DNA of 64,000 nucleotides from a phage: NCBI GenBank assembly GCA_033648345.1, contig GCA_033648345.1_4121.1; one strand, 5' to 3'. Shown piece by piece: positions 8,706 to 17,753 of this stretch (position 1 is its first letter; each line of letters starts with the position of its first letter). The notes under the pieces were generated by a model. It saw only the letters and a program-made list of their open reading frames with translations, ran no database searches and was not told where the DNA came from. The position numbers and the translations under genes were made by a program.

Positions 8706-9050
8706 ATGTATAATTTAAATTTAATATCATATATCATAACAACACTGTTTACTTTCTATGCCTTTGTTGGTATACTCCTACTGTACTTTAAATTTTATAA
8801 ACTTTTTGATCGTTTTTATCCGTCATTAGAACATGAATTCTTATTAGTGATGTACATATGTCTAACGTTTATGTCTACATTTTTCACTGCATCTGATGGT
8901 ATCATTGGTATTAAAGCTGAAGAACCAAATGGGAGTACGCTTGTTGCCTTTATTCTGGTAGGATTTTTCAGTACTTATATTACCTTTATTTCAGGATGTA
9001 CCGTGATTGATTATCTTGTGAAATTACGAGATAAAATGCCAAATCGATAG
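8706..9050 (+). CDS. small multi-pass membrane protein, family member 3
   Basis: ATG 8706; LYFKFYKLFDRFYP; C-term LRDKMPNR. Confidence 0.75.
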   Translation: MYNLNLISYIITTLFTFYAFVGILLLYFKFYKLFDRFYPSLEHEFLLVMYICLTFMSTFFTASDGIIGIKAEEPNGSTLVAFILVGFFSTYITFISGCTVIDYLVKLRDKMPNR

Positions 9051-9059
9051 GGGATTGCT

Positions 9060-9317
9060 ATGTTTGCATTGCGTAATAAAAATACAAAAGAGATTCTGTG
9101 TATCTCAACAGTATGGGATTGTGCAGGAAGTGAAATGATTCTCGAAGAAGGTTCAGGTGATTGTGTTTATGTTGTTCAGGATCGTCGCGAACTGGAATCA
9201 TTACTTGACGAATTTAATGCTGGTGGAAATCCTAAAAGTACTCAATTCCCTGAGATCAGGAATCCAGCACCACCAGGCTCTTATGAAATTCTACAACTGT
9301 GGGAGATGGATAAGTAA
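9060..9317 (+). CDS. hypothetical protein (N-terminus resembles 11179 product)
   Basis: MFALRNKNTKE vs MYALYNKEKKQ; contains one Chi octamer at 9219. Confidence 0.65.
   Translation: MFALRNKNTKEILCISTVWDCAGSEMILEEGSGDCVYVVQDRRELESLLDEFNAGGNPKSTQFPEIRNPAPPGSYEILQLWEMDK
9219..9226 (+). other. Chi octamer (in coding sequence)
   Basis: GCTGGTGG. Confidence 0.9.
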
Positions 9318-9697
9318 TGCGTCAAATGCACAAAGTAACCGAGCTAAACAAGCGTCTGATTAAACAATCAATGTTTGAGGATAAAGAGTCTTACTATAAC
9401 TTCAAACGTGCTGTAGAGGCTGCTATCCACATTCAGAAGCTTAAAGATAGTGGATGTATTATTCTCGAAAATGGTTCTGACGTTGTTACTGATGACTTCA
9501 GTGTAGCGTTTGATGTTTCACCTGATGGTTCGCTATCAATGCCACGCTTAGGGACTGGTGACATGACTGTGTGGGTAGGTTTCACTATGGGGAATGTACC
9601 AGGCACGGTGTATGTAGATGATGCTGAGTTGAAAGAAAGCTTCAAAAACTTATCGCATCTTGAACCACAATACGCACATGAAATGAATTTATTTTGA
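9317..9697 (+). CDS. hypothetical protein
   Basis: 126-aa ORF, start overlaps upstream stop (TAATG). Confidence 0.65.
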   Translation: MRQMHKVTELNKRLIKQSMFEDKESYYNFKRAVEAAIHIQKLKDSGCIILENGSDVVTDDFSVAFDVSPDGSLSMPRLGTGDMTVWVGFTMGNVPGTVYVDDAELKESFKNLSHLEPQYAHEMNLF

Positions 9698-9773
9698 GTT
9701 GACAAACTCATTCAGTACTGTATAATGTTTATCAAGGGGATGAACTTCTCATCCCCACAATCGAGGAATTGTC
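9698..9773 (+). promoter_or_regulatory. sigma70-like promoter + 5' stem-loop cassette (PeSL-like)
   Basis: TTGACA-N16-TATAAT with CAGTACTG abutting the -10; hairpin GGGGATGA-acttc-TCATCCCC; GAGGA RBS. Confidence 0.7.
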
Positions 9774-10328
9774 ATGATTACTTTTAAGAAAACTGCTAAC
9801 CACATCCATGAGATCTACATTAACGGTCACAAAGCTGGCCTTCTTCGTTTACTCGCCCATCATCCGAATATTACCGTATCTGATAATGAACCTAAAGATT
9901 GGCGTGTATTTTTCTTTGGAAAGTACAGTGATTTTCAAGTATCAAACCTGAAGAACATTCGTTCAGTATGCACGTTAACTGAAATTAAAGAAAAGTTAAC
10001 CAAAGCATTGAAAACTAATCCAGATAGTGTTCTTCCACCTGATAACTTTGTAGAGAAAGGATATGCCTTAGCTCATTTCAAAGATGGTACTATTCAATCT
10101 ATCAGTACTGAATATGAATATCAATGGACTGAGTACTTCACTTATGGATCGCGTAATACATTGATGGCTTCACGTAGTAAATTGGAAGAAGTACTGACTC
10201 GTATGAATGAACGCGAGCGTCAATTTTATGACAAACCAGAAATGTGGAGTTCAACTTACATTGACCGTATTGACTATGTTATTATGACTCCAATCTTTGA
10301 CACTGCTTACTATGATTCTTTGAAATAA
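9774..10328 (+). CDS. hypothetical protein
   Basis: 184-aa ORF behind cassette. Confidence 0.75.
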   Translation: MITFKKTANHIHEIYINGHKAGLLRLLAHHPNITVSDNEPKDWRVFFFGKYSDFQVSNLKNIRSVCTLTEIKEKLTKALKTNPDSVLPPDNFVEKGYALAHFKDGTIQSISTEYEYQWTEYFTYGSRNTLMASRSKLEEVLTRMNERERQFYDKPEMWSSTYIDRIDYVIMTPIFDTAYYDSLK

Positions 10329-10339
10329 GGATAACTTAT

Positions 10340-10516
10340 ATGAAACTACGTACTCGTAATCGACTGATGGATGCACTGTACCATGAACAGCTTTCACTGA
10401 ATGAAGTGAAGCGTCAGTTAATGTACACATATCTGTTACCCGCTCGCATTGCAAAACAACGTGCTAAAGAATTGCTGAAAGAAGCAATCGAGTACTGGGA
10501 ATCTGATTCGTACTAA
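10340..10516 (+). CDS. hypothetical small protein (58 aa, not in ORF track)
   Basis: ATG 10340 after AAGGA; MKLRTRNRLMDALYHEQ...; stop 10514-10516. Confidence 0.55.
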   Translation: MKLRTRNRLMDALYHEQLSLNEVKRQLMYTYLLPARIAKQRAKELLKEAIEYWESDSY

Positions 10517-10544
10517 TTGTCACGTTAATTAAGTGAGGCGATAA

Positions 10545-10796
10545 ATGAAAATTTTATTAGTTCTAATACTACTAATTGTTTTACCATTTACGTTAGTATC
10601 CCCTGAACTTGCATGGAATGTGTTTGTGTACTTACTATGTACTATTGTAGTAAATGGTATCTTGTTCTTAGTTCTATTCATAAATGGAATAGGACACGGT
10701 GGAGGATGGACCAGTACTGCTGATATTGTACATAAAACCACTATGTCTTTATTTGTAGTGTGGAATTTATTCTGGACTTGGTTTGTGTTCTTCTAA
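10545..10796 (+). CDS. small membrane protein
   Basis: 83 aa, three hydrophobic helices; GAGG RBS. Confidence 0.7.
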   Translation: MKILLVLILLIVLPFTLVSPELAWNVFVYLLCTIVVNGILFLVLFINGIGHGGGWTSTADIVHKTTMSLFVVWNLFWTWFVFF

Positions 10797-10805
10797 TTAA
10801 AAAAT

Positions 10806-11177
10806 ATGAATATAGATTTGAAAGGTGCAACCCGAACTGTCATACTCATTGGGGAATATGCTATCAAGATTCCAACCTTTAAAAGTTGGAAGCTATTCTT
10901 AACAGGGATGATAGCTAACCTCAATGAACGTTCTTGGATGCAGTACTCCAAGCGTAGTGATAGTGGTATCTGCCCTACGTTGTGGTCATCATGTACTGGA
11001 CTAGTAACTGTACAGAAACGTTGTAAGCCAGTACAACATAGGGGTTTATTTTGGGTGGAGTTGTGTGCTTTAGCATTGGATTCAGAGTTGAGTACTGACT
11101 TCTTCTATTCAGATGCGAAGCCAGAAAACTTTGGGTATCTGGGTGGTAAGTTAGTTAAACTTGATTATGGAGATTAA
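10806..11177 (+). CDS. minimal protein-kinase-like protein
   Basis: YAIKIP (beta3 Lys-like), DAKPENFG (catalytic-loop-like DxKPxN), VKLDYGD (DFG-like) at the very C-terminus; only 123 aa. Confidence 0.5.
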   Translation: MNIDLKGATRTVILIGEYAIKIPTFKSWKLFLTGMIANLNERSWMQYSKRSDSGICPTLWSSCTGLVTVQKRCKPVQHRGLFWVELCALALDSELSTDFFYSDAKPENFGYLGGKLVKLDYGD

Positions 11178-11178
11178 T

Positions 11179-11601
11179 ATGTACGCACTGTATAATAAAG
11201 AAAAGAAACAATTTGCTAAGGTTGAAAAATCGATTGATACATTTGGCATGTTTAAGTACTGTATTGTGACGGACCCATATGCTAACTTGTATTACGTTCT
11301 TGATGACGTATCAGTACTGCAACGATTGCTTGAACGTTCCAAAAGCCAATGTCAAGGTATCCATGATGGTTCAACTTATGAAACACCTGAGTGTTCCTAT
11401 GGCTATCTGGATGGGTATGAGATTGTGAAGTTGGGTGCATTGTTGATTAATGAGGAATTTATGAAACTATGTACATGTGATGATTGTGGTAAACAAATAC
11501 CAGAAAGTGAAGTATATCGTAATGAAACTGCATTCGGTGATGATGGTGACTACTGTCAGGATTGTTTTTACGAGAACCATTATGATTTTGGCGATGATTA
11601 A
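11179..11601 (+). CDS. hypothetical protein with C-terminal Cys4 zinc-ribbon-like motif
   Basis: ATG 11179 after GGAG; CTCDDCGKQ...YCQDC. Confidence 0.65.
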   Translation: MYALYNKEKKQFAKVEKSIDTFGMFKYCIVTDPYANLYYVLDDVSVLQRLLERSKSQCQGIHDGSTYETPECSYGYLDGYEIVKLGALLINEEFMKLCTCDDCGKQIPESEVYRNETAFGDDGDYCQDCFYENHYDFGDD

Positions 11602-11607
11602 AACAAA

Positions 11608-11640
11608 GGGTTGACTTCGGTCAGCCCTTTTTGTTATAAT
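11608..11640 (+). promoter_or_regulatory. UUCG hairpin terminator with embedded -35 and downstream -10
   Basis: GGGTTGAC-TTCG-GTCAGCCC + T5; TATAAT 11635-11640. Confidence 0.7.
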
Positions 11641-11668
11641 CATTTCATCGAAACGAGAGGATGAATAC

Positions 11669-12145
11669 ATGACACGCATTAACTTAGTACACGTTAAAGA
11701 ACTTGCTGACCAACATCTGATGGCTGAATATCGTGAACTCCCACGTGTATTTGGTGCTGTACAAAAACACGTTCAAGCACGTAAGCGTGTACGTGATTTC
11801 AAAATTAACAGTACTTACCTGTTAGGTTCAGGTCATGTAACATTCTTCTACAACAAGTTATTGTACTTACAGAAGCGTCATATTGAAATTGTTAACGAAT
11901 GTTTGCGTCGTGGTATGAAGATTCAAAACATTGAATTAAACGACATTAGCGGCTTCCCTGCTGAGTTTTGTAATGACTACGTACCATCGGAGTCAGAGAT
12001 TAAAATGTCTCGTGAGCGTTTGATTGAGAAGCTACAGATGAAGCCTACGTGGTATAAGTTTACTGATGTTGAATGTCCACAGTACGTTAAAGATATGTTG
12101 AATGAAATTGAAGAACAAATCAAAGATGAAATGAATAACTATTAA
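11669..12145 (+). CDS. denV: pyrimidine-dimer DNA glycosylase / AP lyase (T4 endonuclease V family)
   Basis: [47 protein letters not shown] match T4 endonuclease V as I recall it, including Thr2 and Glu23. Confidence 0.9.
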   Translation: MTRINLVHVKELADQHLMAEYRELPRVFGAVQKHVQARKRVRDFKINSTYLLGSGHVTFFYNKLLYLQKRHIEIVNECLRRGMKIQNIELNDISGFPAEFCNDYVPSESEIKMSRERLIEKLQMKPTWYKFTDVECPQYVKDMLNEIEEQIKDEMNNY

Positions 12146-12152
12146 AGGAAAA

Positions 12153-12184
12153 GGTTGACTTCGGTCAGCCATTTTTGTTATTAT
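12153..12184 (+). promoter_or_regulatory. UUCG hairpin terminator with embedded -35 and downstream -10
   Basis: GGTTGAC-TTCG-GTCAGCC; TATTAT 12179-12184. Confidence 0.65.
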
Positions 12185-12214
12185 AGCTCTATCGAAACGA
12201 ATGAGGATTAAGTA

Positions 12215-12472
12215 ATGATTAAATTAAAATTTGAAGGTATGCGTGATGGGAATGGTAACCTAATCATTACACGAGGTACTAAAGCAGTACGATGCTTAGA
12301 AGAACATGGTATTGAATTTACTATTCCATACGATGATATCAGGATTAAAGAGGATACGGTACTGGAATTGCCACTCACTACATTTGAAGAATTGAATGCA
12401 TTTTGTCAAACATATAATGCACTAATCACTTTCGATGAACGTAATTGTGTTATTGAATTTTTACAACACTGA
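12215..12472 (+). CDS. hypothetical protein
   Basis: 85-aa ORF, GAGGA RBS. Confidence 0.7.
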   Translation: MIKLKFEGMRDGNGNLIITRGTKAVRCLEEHGIEFTIPYDDIRIKEDTVLELPLTTFEELNAFCQTYNALITFDERNCVIEFLQH

Positions 12473-12491
12473 TGATTAAGTAATAAAGAAA

Positions 12492-12524
12492 GGGTTGACA
12501 CTAGTCAGCCCTTTTTGCTATAAT
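12492..12524 (+). promoter_or_regulatory. hairpin terminator with embedded -35 and downstream -10 (loop variant)
   Basis: GGGTTGAC-acta-GTCAGCCC + T5; TATAAT 12519-12524. Confidence 0.65.
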
Positions 12525-12552
12525 CATTTCATCAACTCAAGAGGATAAAGAC

Positions 12553-13326
12553 ATGACCCGTACAGAGAAAGCAATCCAAATCGAAAAGAACTTCAACAGC
12601 ATGATGGCAGCTTTGGAATGTTTACTTGATACCCAAGCTAATTCAATCAATTCCCTGATTGTATCTGGTAAAGGTGGTGTTGGTAAAACTTACAACGTTG
12701 ACCAGCGTTTACAGAAAGCTGATGATAACTTTGAAATCGACTACAAAAAGATCAGCGGTAAAGTAACCACTATGGGTTTGTACGAAGCACTGTATCGTTC
12801 ACGTCATGCCGCTTCAGTACTGTTACTTGATGACGTTGATATCTTCTCTGACGAGACTAATATTGATTTGCTTAAAGCTGTGTTGGATACGTCAGAGAAG
12901 CGTGTAGTTTCTTACGCGACTTCTGCTAAGTACCTGGAACAGCAGGGTATCCCTAAGCAGTTTGAATTCCGTGGTAAAGTAATCTTTCTGACTAACAAAA
13001 ACCTGTCACAGATTGCTAAAGGTAAAAGCAGCTTAGCACCACACATCGATGCACTGATCACTCGTAGTATCTTTGTTGACCTGCAACTGTTCACCAACGA
13101 AGAAGTGATGATTCACATTGAGAACATCATGAACAAAACTAACATCCTTGAAAACAATGGTGTTAACAAAAATGGTTGTAAAGCAATCCTGAATTGGATG
13201 CTGAACAACGAAGAACGTTTGCGTAGTCCATCACTGCGTATGCCAGTACTGATCGCTGGTCTGTATAATAAATTCCCATACGATTGGGAATCAATGGCAG
13301 AGAATATGTTCCTTGAGAAAATTTAA
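12553..13326 (+). CDS. P-loop NTPase (AAA-like ATPase)
   Basis: Walker A SGKGGVGKT, Walker B-like VLLLDDVD, FLTN downstream; 257 aa. Confidence 0.75.
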   Translation: MTRTEKAIQIEKNFNSMMAALECLLDTQANSINSLIVSGKGGVGKTYNVDQRLQKADDNFEIDYKKISGKVTTMGLYEALYRSRHAASVLLLDDVDIFSDETNIDLLKAVLDTSEKRVVSYATSAKYLEQQGIPKQFEFRGKVIFLTNKNLSQIAKGKSSLAPHIDALITRSIFVDLQLFTNEEVMIHIENIMNKTNILENNGVNKNGCKAILNWMLNNEERLRSPSLRMPVLIAGLYNKFPYDWESMAENMFLEKI

Positions 13327-13335
13327 TTACATGTA

Positions 13336-13364
13336 TTGACAGCACTACACTATGGTAGTACTAT
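13336..13364 (+). promoter_or_regulatory. sigma70-like promoter
   Basis: TTGACA-N17-TACTAT upstream of the membrane-protein operon. Confidence 0.55.
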
Positions 13365-13393
13365 AACTTAATATTCACCACCGGAGATACGAT

Positions 13394-13732
13394 ATGCTTG
13401 AGTTTTTTAATTCAGATACAATGCTTAGTATTACTTTGATTTATCTGTTTGGTTTTTTCTTTTATCATGCACTAGTTGTAGTACTATGGTATTTTAAAAA
13501 GAAAATCGTTTTCAAACTGTATCCTGATGGAAACATTTCACTACTTCTTTTCACTATTATCCAAGGTATGTTTGCAATTGTTGGTCTTATCGCACACTTA
13601 ATTTATTGTGCTAATCCACAGTTGAACTCAATATCACAATATATTGTATTCCTTGGATTACTAATTTGGGTGCTGATATACTTGTTTAATATCATCATTA
13701 ATGGTCGAGCAAAAATTCGTGGGGACTTCTAA
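13394..13732 (+). CDS. small multi-pass membrane protein, family member 4
   Basis: LWYFKKKIVFKLYP motif; 3-4 TM; basic C-term. Confidence 0.75.
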   Translation: MLEFFNSDTMLSITLIYLFGFFFYHALVVVLWYFKKKIVFKLYPDGNISLLLFTIIQGMFAIVGLIAHLIYCANPQLNSISQYIVFLGLLIWVLIYLFNIIINGRAKIRGDF

Positions 13733-14079
13733 TGTTTGAATCTTATCTTGAGTTTTTAAAGAGTAGTTCTGTTGCACATTCAATTGCAGGGATTATTCTA
13801 ACAGGTTATGTAACATTTTGGGTAGTTATGTTTCTAGGATGGTATTTTAAACGACAATTCTATAAGCGTAATGGTGAAGATTTTATGAATTCTGTTATTA
13901 ATCAATCGTTGTTTGCATCAACATTGATAGCATGTATTGTAGCAACACTCACAGGAAAGGTACTGCCAGCATTCTCCGCAGTTTACGGTACATTGGGTAT
14001 GATATGTGTAGTTTTTTACTTGATCATTAAACTTTGTTGTGTTATGATTGACCTTCGAAACAAGATACCGGAGGAATGA
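13732..14079 (+). CDS. small multi-pass membrane protein, family member 5
   Basis: GWYFKRQFY; C-term LRNKIPEE; start overlaps upstream stop. Confidence 0.75.
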   Translation: MFESYLEFLKSSSVAHSIAGIILTGYVTFWVVMFLGWYFKRQFYKRNGEDFMNSVINQSLFASTLIACIVATLTGKVLPAFSAVYGTLGMICVVFYLIIKLCCVMIDLRNKIPEE

Positions 14080-14414
14080 TGGAATATTTTTTACACTTAC
14101 TGCCGTGGTATATGAAAGTTAGTACTATGTACTATATTCTTAGTGCTGGATTCTACTTTCTGATGTGGTTCTTCAAACGACCAATTTCAGTATTCATCTC
14201 TGATAACATGCTGCAATTAAAATTACACGCATGGTTTTTTATGGCGATGTTTATGCCTATTATTCACTACTCAATGATTAGTAGAGGTTTACGTTCTAAT
14301 GGTGAACCAATTATATTAGTATTCTATTGGGGTTCAACTATTGCATATGTAAGTTTGTTGTTGATCCCAGCCGTTCATAAATTACGTGCTAAAGTTCCTG
14401 ATGCGAGGTACTAA
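14076..14414 (+). CDS. small multi-pass membrane protein, family member 6
   Basis: MWFFKRPISVF; C-term LRAKVPDARY; ATGA overlap. Confidence 0.75.
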   Translation: MMEYFLHLLPWYMKVSTMYYILSAGFYFLMWFFKRPISVFISDNMLQLKLHAWFFMAMFMPIIHYSMISRGLRSNGEPIILVFYWGSTIAYVSLLLIPAVHKLRAKVPDARY

Positions 14415-14728
14415 TGGATATCGTAACATTGATTTACACGCTTTATTCATTCTATTTTATTATGTGTTGGGTTGGATTTTTATTTGTATTGAAGATGTTT
14501 GATTATGTTGAAAAACAGATAAAAGAATTTTGTATTCCTTTTATTGGGTCAACCATAATTAGTATTACTTGTTTGTATTATTTGGTATGTGATCCACCTG
14601 TTAATACAGCAATGATTGACTTCATGTTATTACCAACAACTGTTATTTTTTTATGTAGTCTGATGCCACCGATTAGTCGTGGGCTAACCGAATTTAGACG
14701 CAATCAAAAGCGTAAACGAGGGATGTGA
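14414..14728 (+). CDS. small multi-pass membrane protein, family member 7
   Basis: Same size and topology, basic C-term RRNQKRKRGM. Confidence 0.7.
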   Translation: MDIVTLIYTLYSFYFIMCWVGFLFVLKMFDYVEKQIKEFCIPFIGSTIISITCLYYLVCDPPVNTAMIDFMLLPTTVIFLCSLMPPISRGLTEFRRNQKRKRGM

Positions 14729-15096
14729 TGGAAATTGCACTTATTATATTAACTGCTATGTTGTTTATTAGTACAATTGTTATTATTGGCAAGTTCTTCT
14801 GTGTATCCTTCTTGGAAACCGTATACGATGAAATTGCTGATGATTATGAATTACATGCGGGATTTTTTACTACGTATTGGATTAGTTTATTACTACTTAT
14901 CACTGTATGGATTTTACATATATTCAAATGGGGTATGGTAGATGGTGATCCAGTACTGGCAATTATCTGTGTAGTGTTTGGTCTACTCGGTGGTGCTGTC
15001 CATAATCTGATGGTAATTTGGCAAACCGTACAATATGTATTAGTTCCACATTTTCAGAGAATGCATCAAAGCATCAAATACCGCAAACGAGGATAA
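14725..15096 (+). CDS. small multi-pass membrane protein, family member 8
   Basis: Same size and topology, C-term KYRKRG; overlapping start. Confidence 0.7.
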   Translation: MMEIALIILTAMLFISTIVIIGKFFCVSFLETVYDEIADDYELHAGFFTTYWISLLLLITVWILHIFKWGMVDGDPVLAIICVVFGLLGGAVHNLMVIWQTVQYVLVPHFQRMHQSIKYRKRG

Positions 15097-15097
15097 C

Positions 15098-15460
15098 ATG
15101 AATAATATTGAATTATCTTTTATTGGTCAATTAATGGTAATGGCGTATACATTTATCTTCTCACTGAATGCATTCGTGTGCATTGGGAAGTACTTCCATA
15201 AGCGACCATTATCAAATATATATGATGTAATACAAAGGAGATATAGTCCAGCATATACTGTGTTGAGTACAGCATTCAATTTTGGTTTTATTCTAATGCT
15301 GGTTGCATTATTAACATCGAGTTTAAATTTTATAACATTTGGTATTATGGTATGTTCACTAACACTGAGTGTGGTTATTCTCTGTGCATCCGTTGAGTTG
15401 ATGGCGTGGATGTATTATAAGATTTCCGAAATCCATGACCGTTTAGGTAAGAGGAACTAA
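15098..15460 (+). CDS. small multi-pass membrane protein, family member 9
   Basis: Same size and topology, C-term HDRLGKRN. Confidence 0.7.
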   Translation: MNNIELSFIGQLMVMAYTFIFSLNAFVCIGKYFHKRPLSNIYDVIQRRYSPAYTVLSTAFNFGFILMLVALLTSSLNFITFGIMVCSLTLSVVILCASVELMAWMYYKISEIHDRLGKRN

Positions 15461-15461
15461 A

Positions 15462-15833
15462 ATGAGTTATCGTGAAATATTTTCGATCATTACTATTATT
15501 GTTTTTAGTTTAGGTTCTTTGGTGTGGTTATTGTATTACTTCTGTGTAACCCCAGTATATAATATGCTAAATTCAGTACGCTCTGATGTTGGTATTGTTT
15601 CTTTTATTATCTTCATGGCATATTATATGCTAAGTATCACAGGTTTGGTTTTGGTTGTTATCTTTGACCTTGGACCGAATCAAGATGGTATGGAGGTGTG
15701 GGAATTGATAACGATGTTTGCATGTATGATACCTGCATTTGGTGTATGTGCTGGTGTATTTTATGGGTTATGTAAAGGTGTGAACTACTTAAAAAATATC
15801 CACAATACTATTCGTAAAAAACGTATGTTATAA
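15462..15833 (+). CDS. small multi-pass membrane protein, family member 10
   Basis: Same size and topology, C-term TIRKKRML. Confidence 0.7.
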   Translation: MSYREIFSIITIIVFSLGSLVWLLYYFCVTPVYNMLNSVRSDVGIVSFIIFMAYYMLSITGLVLVVIFDLGPNQDGMEVWELITMFACMIPAFGVCAGVFYGLCKGVNYLKNIHNTIRKKRML

Positions 15834-15840
15834 TAAAAAT

Positions 15841-15861
15841 CCAGTACTATTATAGTACTGG
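15841..15861. terminator. bidirectional hairpin terminator between convergent genes
   Basis: CCAGTACTA-tta-TAGTACTGG flanked by A- and T-runs. Confidence 0.7.
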
Positions 15862-15868
15862 ATTAATT

Positions 15869-16993
15869 TTAATTATCTAAGCCACCAATTACACTGAACT
15901 GTGTGGTAACGTCTGAATTATTATCTATGTAAGTTCTTCTACCAACATAATATAGTTGTCCTTTAGCTTGAATAAAAGTTACGGTCCCTGTATTGAATGT
16001 TATAATATCATTGTATGTAATGTCAGGTGGTAGTGCTGCTGATAACGCAGTAACTTTACTTAATGCAGCACTAGCACTACCATTTATACCAGCAGCAATA
16101 CTACCAGTACCATAGAACTTATTATCTTTACCAATGAATACGTTGGCTGATGCTTGTGTAGCTGATGTTATTGCCTTACCAATTTGGAATGCGGTTCCTA
16201 TGGTGTATGGTGTGCTCCTGGCAGCGTCTATGCTTTGTGTATATCCATCCCCTAGCTGACCATTAACTTTGTCACCACATGAGTATAGAGTACCATTGTG
16301 GCTGTATATGATCCCACGGTTAGAGAAGCTAACAGCTTCTGCATTAGTCCATACTGGTGCGGTGTATGAGTTTACACGACTAGCGGTAGTTCCTAGACCT
16401 AGTATACCATATGTGTTATCACCACATCCAAACCATTGTCCAGAACTGTTTTGATAGAACACTGAACGTTCTGTTGATTCCATGCGTACAGCATCCACAG
16501 CACCACTTTTAACGAACGAAGTTGATGAGGATGTAGTACCAGTACCCAATGCACCATAAGTGTTTGTACCAATCGCATATATTGATCCTAGTGGTGTCAT
16601 AACACGTATGCAGTTATATCCCAATTGAACTTTACATTCAAATAGGTTGTCCCATATTTCAGGAACAGCAGAAAATAAATTTGTAATTTCGAACCATGAT
16701 GTTGTCGAACCAGTTAATCCTATACTGCTTTTGTTTCCTAAAATGAAAACAGTTTTGTCCTTCTTAATTATCCATGATGATAGGAAACCTATCTCACAGC
16801 TATGAACATTTGATTCTATTTGGGTAATATAATACTTAACTGTGTTATCACCCATGAATGCCGCAGCACCGGATGCAAAAAGGTTTCCAGTTTGTTTATT
16901 TAAAATGTAGTTATTGTTTCCATATACACTAACATCATAAGAACTTTCTTGTTTTTCGTTCCCATAATCAAATAACAATACGAAAGGTAACAT
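15869..16993 (-). CDS. RCC1-like beta-propeller repeat protein, MLPF family 1
   Basis: Starts MLPFVLLFDYGN; repeated YGxLGxG / NGQLGDG motifs about every 50 aa. Confidence 0.8.
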   Translation of the reverse strand: MLPFVLLFDYGNEKQESSYDVSVYGNNNYILNKQTGNLFASGAAAFMGDNTVKYYITQIESNVHSCEIGFLSSWIIKKDKTVFILGNKSSIGLTGSTTSWFEITNLFSAVPEIWDNLFECKVQLGYNCIRVMTPLGSIYAIGTNTYGALGTGTTSSSTSFVKSGAVDAVRMESTERSVFYQNSSGQWFGCGDNTYGILGLGTTASRVNSYTAPVWTNAEAVSFSNRGIIYSHNGTLYSCGDKVNGQLGDGYTQSIDAARSTPYTIGTAFQIGKAITSATQASANVFIGKDNKFYGTGSIAAGINGSASAALSKVTALSAALPPDITYNDIITFNTGTVTFIQAKGQLYYVGRRTYIDNNSDVTTQFSVIGGLDN

Positions 16994-17070
16994 GATAAAA
17001 TCTCCTTGTGTTATACTTTATTTAATCATTTTATAATGTACAATTTTACAGCGATTTAATTGAGGTACTC

Positions 17071-17721
17071 ATGAATAAAAGAAGTAAGTTCTATCAAGAA
17101 TATTTCACTAAACAGAAACGATTCACAAAAAAATACTTTACATCATCCCACCGACCAGTTGCAAGTTACAAACGTCCTAATACTAACTATCTTACTGGTG
17201 GCAAGTTTAGTGCAAAGTTCGAATTACTTATGCGTGAAAAGAATATCAAGATGCATTACGCAGAGACGAGAAAAAACTCATCAATTATTTGTTCTGATTT
17301 TCTTGAGTACGGTTGCTTAACTTATAAATTCAATGATGTATATTTGTATATTGATGTTGATTGTAACAGTACTCTTATGTTTGAGATTTCAATTCACCCA
17401 AATCACAACCGTTATATAAACATTAACTTGATTGATAAAGTACTGATTGGTATATCTAGTACTGATGGTGGTGGATTTGAATTTATTGCTTCAAAATATG
17501 ATGAAGATTTCGTACTTTACCCAGTACTTGATGATGTGAAAGATATACTCAATTCATTAAAAGGAAGTCAATACAAATTATCTGAAGAACAGCTATTTCA
17601 GTACTCACTTATTCATGATGATATCGAGATATACTTAGAGTGTGCGAGAATATTGGAGTATCTTTATAATGAACTAACAACAACTGGTAAAGTGACAGCA
17701 TTCACATTATATAATATGTAA
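17071..17721 (+). CDS. hypothetical protein, paralogue of 36579-37238 product
   Basis: 216 aa, basic N-term; LNSLKGSQYKLSEEQLFQYSLIHDDIEIY aligns with LKELQNKELTPEEEFMYSTVIDNPELY. Confidence 0.7.
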   Translation: MNKRSKFYQEYFTKQKRFTKKYFTSSHRPVASYKRPNTNYLTGGKFSAKFELLMREKNIKMHYAETRKNSSIICSDFLEYGCLTYKFNDVYLYIDVDCNSTLMFEISIHPNHNRYININLIDKVLIGISSTDGGGFEFIASKYDEDFVLYPVLDDVKDILNSLKGSQYKLSEEQLFQYSLIHDDIEIYLECARILEYLYNELTTTGKVTAFTLYNM

Positions 17722-17728
17722 AAGAAAA

Positions 17729-17747
17729 GCCAGTACATAGTACTGGC
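17729..17747. terminator. bidirectional hairpin terminator
   Basis: GCCAGTAC-at-AGTACTGGC between convergent genes. Confidence 0.65.
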
Positions 17748-17753
17748 ATTATA

